Positions 23,780-28,502 of a stretch of 28,502 nt of DNA are shown here, piece after piece. The notes under the pieces were generated by a model, which made no database searches, was not told where the DNA came from, and was given only the letters and a program-made list of their open reading frames with translations. The stretch is from the IMG/VR virus record IMGVR_UViG_3300012664_000083, positions 1 to 28,502 of that record; one strand, 5' to 3'. A program made the position numbers and the translations under genes. The DNA comes from a virus. Its lineage: Duplodnaviria > Caudoviricetes. Numbering within the stretch: position 1 is the stretch's first letter; each line of letters starts with the position of its first letter.

Positions 23780-25935
23780 TGGCAATTAATGTCACACACA
23801 GTAAGGTTTCAACGATACCTGACGGAGATGACTCGTCATTAATACGCCCTAGTGATTGGAATGATGACCATGTAATAGCTGGTTTAGGCACAATGGCAGA
23901 GCAAGATGCCAACAATGTCAATATTACTGGTGGTGCAATTAGTGGAGTAACTGTATCTGGCTACATACCAACCACACAAAAAGCGCAAGCATTAGGCGTA
24001 GCAACACTAGACGCTGGTGGCACAGTACCGCTTAATCAAATCCCTGCAAGCATCATTGGTGGGTTAAACTATCAGGGTACTTGGAACGCTTCAACAAATA
24101 CGCCCACACTTACATCATCCGTTGGGACAAAAGGCTATTACTATGCTGTTAGCGTTTCAGGTACAACCAATTTAAACGGCATTACTGATTGGACTGTAGG
24201 CGACTTAGCGGTGTTTAATGGCACAGCTTGGGAACAGATTGACAATACAGACGCAGTAACTAGCGTCAATGGCTATACAGGCACAGTAGTCCTTGGATAT
24301 GCTGATGTAGGCGCTTTCCCTGCAACTGCTACCACAGGCACAGGCTCAGTCGTATTACAAACCAGCCCGACAATCAACACACCTACGCTATCAGGCGCAA
24401 CAGTAGATGGCACAGCTCCATACCTTAATTACACACCTACAACTGCTCCTACCTATGTAGAAGGCAGAGTTTTTTACGATTCAACAGCTAAAACTCTTAA
24501 TTACTATAACGACAATAGCCAAATGTCCGTCAACATCGGGCAAGAACAGATTGTCCGTGTACGCAATCAAACAGGGTCAACTATTCCTGATGGCACAGTA
24601 GTTTATGTAAATGGGGCAACTGGCAATACGCCTACTGTTGCTAAAGCCATAGCAACTAGTTTTTCTACTGCTGACATTATTGGCGTTACAACTACCGATA
24701 TTGCAAACAATGGATTTGGCTATGTAACTATCAACGGATTAGTCAATGGTTTAGATACATCGGCATTTGCTGAAGGTGATGCTGTATTCTTATCAGCTAC
24801 AACTGCTGGTGCATATACAACAACAGAGCCTACACGACCTAATTATTCAATTCAAGTAGGCGTAGTTCTTAGGGCAAACCCAAGTAACGGCACATTATTA
24901 GTTTCAGTACAAATTGTTTCTTGTGAAACCCAGCACATTGTTGGAACAGTAGCAGTAGACCAAGGCGGCACAGGCCAAACTAGCTATACCAATGGGCAAT
25001 TGCTAATCGGCAACACAACTGGCAATACACTAACAAAAAGCACTTTAACTGCTGGTACAGGCGTTTCTGTAACCAATGGCACAGGTTCAATTACCCTAGC
25101 TAATACAGGCGTTACTTCTGCCGTAGCTGGCACAGGAATCAGCGTTTCAAGTGCTACTGGTGCGGTAACTGTAACTAATTCTGCCCCTGACCAAACAGTA
25201 GTCTTGACTGCTGGTACAGGTATTAGCACTAGCGGTACATACCCTAATTTCACGATTACCAATACAGCCCCATCAAGCGGTGGTACTGTAACTAGCGTAA
25301 CTGGTACTGCACCTATTGTTTCAAGCGGTGGGAATACTCCAGCTATTAGTATTCCAGCCGCAACTGGTAGCGTAAACGGCTATCTGACAAGCACCGATTG
25401 GACTACTTTTAATAACAAAGGGTCTGGAACAGTAACAGCCGTATCAGTAGCTTCAGCTAACGGATTTACAGGTACATCAAGCGGTGGTGCAACTCCAGCT
25501 TTAACTTTGGCTACATCCATCACAGGAATGTTAAAAGGCAACGGAACGGCTATTTCTGCTGGTACTGCTGGTACGGATTATGTAGCTCCTGCAACTGCTA
25601 CTAACTTTACTGCACAGCAATACTTTGGCAATGTGGCCTTAACCGATGGGGCAACAATCTCATGGGCAGCCAATACTGCACAGGTAGCTACCTTTACATT
25701 TGTATCATCTAACCGCACTATGGGTGCTCCAACAGGTCTTGTAAGCGGTGCTTATTACGGCTTGGCAGTTATTCAAAATGGTGGTTCAAACACCCTTACA
25801 TGGAATAGCGTATTCAAATGGGCTGGTGGTACTGCTCCTACGCTATCAACTGCTGCTGGTGCTAAAGACTATTTCGTATTCCGTACAGACGGCACGAATA
25901 TGTATGAGCAAGGTCGTAGCTTGGGCGTTGCATGA
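23779..25935 (+). CDS. Second fibre protein in the head module, 718 aa
   Basis: Thr/Gly-rich mosaic: PSDWN..H anchor, GVATLD, YQGTWNA, VTSVNG.TG.V, repeated AGTGIS/VTSV units; C-terminus shared with 2984-3649. Confidence 0.75.
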   Translation: MAINVTHSKVSTIPDGDDSSLIRPSDWNDDHVIAGLGTMAEQDANNVNITGGAISGVTVSGYIPTTQKAQALGVATLDAGGTVPLNQIPASIIGGLNYQGTWNASTNTPTLTSSVGTKGYYYAVSVSGTTNLNGITDWTVGDLAVFNGTAWEQIDNTDAVTSVNGYTGTVVLGYADVGAFPATATTGTGSVVLQTSPTINTPTLSGATVDGTAPYLNYTPTTAPTYVEGRVFYDSTAKTLNYYNDNSQMSVNIGQEQIVRVRNQTGSTIPDGTVVYVNGATGNTPTVAKAIATSFSTADIIGVTTTDIANNGFGYVTINGLVNGLDTSAFAEGDAVFLSATTAGAYTTTEPTRPNYSIQVGVVLRANPSNGTLLVSVQIVSCETQHIVGTVAVDQGGTGQTSYTNGQLLIGNTTGNTLTKSTLTAGTGVSVTNGTGSITLANTGVTSAVAGTGISVSSATGAVTVTNSAPDQTVVLTAGTGISTSGTYPNFTITNTAPSSGGTVTSVTGTAPIVSSGGNTPAISIPAATGSVNGYLTSTDWTTFNNKGSGTVTAVSVASANGFTGTSSGGATPALTLATSITGMLKGNGTAISAGTAGTDYVAPATATNFTAQQYFGNVALTDGATISWAANTAQVATFTFVSSNRTMGAPTGLVSGAYYGLAVIQNGGSNTLTWNSVFKWAGGTAPTLSTAAGAKDYFVFRTDGTNMYEQGRSLGVA
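25606..25935 (+). repeat. Diverged 330-bp duplicate of 3320-3649
   Basis: 109-aa domains differ at 13 positions by manual alignment, with many synonymous changes. Confidence 0.95.
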
Positions 25936-26405
25936 TAGCTGCTTTTCAGTCAACCGCTTTTCAGAATGACGCATTTCAGATAGTCATTACACCTCCTGCG
26001 CCTAGTAATCCTACAGGTGGAGATGGTTGGACTAAAGAAGAATGGAAGCGTTATCAGGCAATAGATAAGAAAAAGCGTAAAGCTGAAGAAAAGCGCTTAG
26101 AAGCGTTAAAGCTAAACAAAGAAGCACGCAAGCAAGGTATTGCTGACTTAATTGACCCACCAAAAGTAAGCAAACGCAAACAAAAAGAATTACAATCTAA
26201 TCAAGCAGTTAGCGCTGATACACCGTCACAGCTAGCAAATATTGACAGGTACATCGCTAATCTTGAAAAGCAACAACAAGACCTGCAAACCGCAGTAGCA
26301 ATGAGAGAAGCAAAGCTCCGCTTAGAGCAGGAGTTAGCAATCTTAGAAGCAAAACGGCAAGCAGAATTAGACGATGAGGAAGCGTTATTAGCACTAATAC
26401 TTTAA
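25932..26405 (+). CDS. Coiled-coil hypothetical protein with N-terminal (AFQ)x3 motif
   Basis: MIAAFQSTAFQNDAFQ, Pro/Gly linker, charged helices, DDEEALLALIL tail. Confidence 0.65.
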   Translation: MIAAFQSTAFQNDAFQIVITPPAPSNPTGGDGWTKEEWKRYQAIDKKKRKAEEKRLEALKLNKEARKQGIADLIDPPKVSKRKQKELQSNQAVSADTPSQLANIDRYIANLEKQQQDLQTAVAMREAKLRLEQELAILEAKRQAELDDEEALLALIL

Positions 26406-27298
26406 ACGCACACCAGCAATACAAATTAGCTTATGAGCATTTGCACGCTGGGCGTTACCCTGCTGGGTTTAGGTTATTTGAATATCGTTGGCATCCTGAA
26501 ATTCTTGCCAATCAACCTATTCCATATCCAAGAGAACCTGCAAAGCCTGCAACATGGCGTGGTGAATCATTATTAGGTAAATCTATTGTTGTGCAAATGG
26601 AGCAAGGATTTGGTGACATATTCATGTATGCCCGTTTCTTGCCATTCCTAAAGATTTTAGGCGCTTCTAAAGTAGTAGTAATGACTGTGCCAGCCGTTAT
26701 TCCGCTATTGGGTCAAATGGATTGCATAGACCAGCTTACCAATTTAACGGAAGAAGGCCCAGGGCATGAATGTGACTACTGGATTGGGTCAATGTCATTA
26801 CCTTATTACATAGATTGCTCGCCAAACTACGCTAAAAACCTATTCCCTATTAAAAATGACAAAGTTGTAGCTTCAGAAGGCTACCTTGATGCCATACCTA
26901 GTGGTATAGAGCGCAAAGTAGGTGTTAATTGGTCTGCTTCTAAAGGTGCTTTACGCTGGATTAAGTCAATTTCTGCCGAAGAAATGAATAACTTGGTGGG
27001 TGATGACGCTTACTCGCTAAATCCTGAGTCTGATGGCGTGTTTAGACCCCTTCCTGACGATGGTTGGAAGAAAGATTGGTCAATTACTGCCAAACACATG
27101 AAAGCAATGAAGGGTGTAGTCACAGTTGATACAGGAACAGCCCACCTTGCAGGCGCATTAGGCGTTAAATGTGTTGTTTTATTACCACAAAAGTCATTTA
27201 TCTGTTGGCGTTGGAAAAATGCCCGATGGTATGACTCGGTAGTAACCCTAAGACAAGACGAATACCACAAATTACCAGAATTAATAAGGAGGATGTAA
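26402..27298 (+). CDS. TPR-associated GT9 (heptosyltransferase-like, GT-B) glycosyltransferase; start uncertain
   Basis: G..LFEYRW, EQGFGD, SMSLP, VGVNW, VVTVDTGTAHLAGALG, WRW...WYDSV...RQ. Coding-like sequence extends upstream of TTG 26441. Confidence 0.8.
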   Translation, partial: LNAHQQYKLAYEHLHAGRYPAGFRLFEYRWHPEILANQPIPYPREPAKPATWRGESLLGKSIVVQMEQGFGDIFMYARFLPFLKILGASKVVVMTVPAVIPLLGQMDCIDQLTNLTEEGPGHECDYWIGSMSLPYYIDCSPNYAKNLFPIKNDKVVASEGYLDAIPSGIERKVGVNWSASKGALRWIKSISAEEMNNLVGDDAYSLNPESDGVFRPLPDDGWKKDWSITAKHMKAMKGVVTVDTGTAHLAGALGVKCVVLLPQKSFICWRWKNARWYDSVVTLRQDEYHKLPELIRRM

Positions 27299-27696
27299 TG
27301 GCTTTGGTAAAGATGAGTGTTACATGTAACCATTGCAAGGTTACGCATGAAGAATATGACCCTAAACAGATGGATGATAGGGAGAAGTACCTATCCTACT
27401 GGAATTTGCCATTTGAAGGCGAAGAAGCCGACAAAGCATGGCAACAAAAACTAGAAATGACCCCAAAAGAAACCGCAATGGTCATGTCAGACATTGATGG
27501 TTATGTAAGCCAAGTAGATGGCACATGGATTAAAAGCCGTAGTCAGCACCGTAGCCACCTTAAACAACATCGCATGATTGAGTTGGGTAATGATGTACCA
27601 ATGCAGCACAAACAAGTAGATATGAGCACCAAATCCAAAGAAGCCCGTAAAAGGGATATTGCGGAGCAAGTGTATCAGAAGCTAAATTACAAATAA
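27298..27696 (+). CDS. Hypothetical protein with N-terminal CxxC, upstream of scaffold
   Basis: AAGGAGG RBS and TAATG coupling; DI.GY.S..DG..I.SRS.HR.HLK.H..IELGND motif. Confidence 0.7.
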   Translation: MALVKMSVTCNHCKVTHEEYDPKQMDDREKYLSYWNLPFEGEEADKAWQQKLEMTPKETAMVMSDIDGYVSQVDGTWIKSRSQHRSHLKQHRMIELGNDVPMQHKQVDMSTKSKEARKRDIAEQVYQKLNYK

Positions 27697-27716
27697 TCCG
27701 ACAACTTGGAGAAACC

Positions 27717-28502
27717 ATGTCAGAAGAACAGTTAGACCGCAGAGAACAATTAATGGCAGCTATGGAAGCTGCTGAGGAAGGCACTCTTGATGCACCAGTC
27801 GAAAAAGAAATTGCTGTGGTGGAAGATGATATTGCCGCAGAATCCGCTAAAGAGGAAATTAGCGCACAAGACGACAAAGAATCTACCGAAGATGCTGATT
27901 CTATTGAATTTGCGGATAAGGATGAAGCGGAGGCGGCAGCAGAAGAAGTTAAGCCTGTAACTCGCCCTTCTACATGGAAGAAAGAGTATGTCCAGATTTG
28001 GGACAAGATGGAAGCTGGTGAGCAGATTAGCAAAGAGGACTTTACTAAATTTGCCGAATATGCCAATCAGCGTGAGTCTGAGTATAAGAAAGGCGTAAGC
28101 ACTTATAAGGCTGAAGCTGACCGTGCTAGAAGCTACGAAGAAGCTATTGCTCCATTTATTCCTGAATTGCAAGCACAGAATATTAGCCCTGCTGCATGGA
28201 TTAATAATTTAGGTCGTGCGCACATGGTTTTGACAAAAGCACCGTATGACCAAAAAGTCGCTATGTTTCAAAGACTTGCGTCAGACTATGGTATACAATT
28301 TAATGGTGAGAGTGTTGCACAGCCACAACAGGTTGACGCATACACCCAACAGTTAATGAATCAACTTAACCAAGTTAACCAAGAAGTTAGCTCAATTAAG
28401 GGAAGATTTCAGCAGGAAGAAAACGCTCGTCTATCTAGTGAGATTGAGCGGGTTCGTAGTGATGTGGAGAAATTTCCGCATTTTGATGTGGTAAGGGAAG
28501 AA
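27717..28502 (+). CDS. Probable capsid scaffolding protein, 3'-truncated (not in ORF track)
   Basis: GGAG RBS, ATG 27717, MSEEQLDRREQLMAAMEAAEEG...; highly acidic N-terminus, then RPSTWKKE and helices; open to the window end. Confidence 0.75.
   Translation, partial: MSEEQLDRREQLMAAMEAAEEGTLDAPVEKEIAVVEDDIAAESAKEEISAQDDKESTEDADSIEFADKDEAEAAAEEVKPVTRPSTWKKEYVQIWDKMEAGEQISKEDFTKFAEYANQRESEYKKGVSTYKAEADRARSYEEAIAPFIPELQAQNISPAAWINNLGRAHMVLTKAPYDQKVAMFQRLASDYGIQFNGESVAQPQQVDAYTQQLMNQLNQVNQEVSSIKGRFQQEENARLSSEIERVRSDVEKFPHFDVVREE

Noticed and set aside
26401-26407. TTTAAAC as a classical -1 slippery heptamer
   Set aside because: Its X XXY YYZ phase belongs to the downstream GT frame, not the upstream gene, so it cannot shift ribosomes into the GT frame.
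714-27669. Other overlapping or antisense ORFs in the track (e.g. 714-986, 6869-7186, 11211-11471, 16801-17085, 18127-18492, 27010-27348)
   Set aside because: They lie within better-supported genes, lack RBSs or motifs, and show antisense or off-frame composition.
27560-28172. Minus-strand ORFs of 168 and 140 aa
   Set aside because: Shadows of the plus-strand scaffold-like gene starting at 27717, which the ORF track missed because it has no stop in the window.

Overview
28.5 kb of a tailed dsDNA phage genome with podovirus-like structure (P22-type portal, ejection-like proteins, no tape measure) and a lambdoid-like gene layout. It is probably a freshwater phage of a low-GC betaproteobacterial host (inference only). 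In order: putative ejection proteins, tail fibre anchor, lectin/SPRY-type receptor-binding protein and chaperone (1-6.8 kb); lysis cassette with GH108 endolysin (7.0-8.8 kb); leftward early arm with ERF annealing protein, SSB-like protein, exonuclease and small ORFs (8.8-12.65 kb); divergent control region with a Cro-like gene but no CI or integrase; PAPS-reductase-like gene, a gene-free structured segment and a minimal replication gene (13-15.1 kb); nin-like genes; an inverted phosphoesterase/SprT pair; terminase, portal, a second fibre, a TPR/GT9 glycosyltransferase and a scaffold-like gene running off the end. The best candidates for undescribed biology are: (i) a ~190-nt promoter-driven, multi-stem, possibly pseudoknotted ncRNA next to an origin-like hairpin; (ii) a ~59-nt tRNA-like RNA whose loop is the exact complement of the phage's own AAGGGGAA(A) early-gene ribosome-binding sites; (iii) an array of small gene cassettes delimited by a repeated stop/start/RBS module encoding (R/W)KAQEK; (iv) two fibres at distant loci sharing one ~88%-identical C-terminal domain. 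All protein calls come from motif recognition and synteny; no database searches were run.
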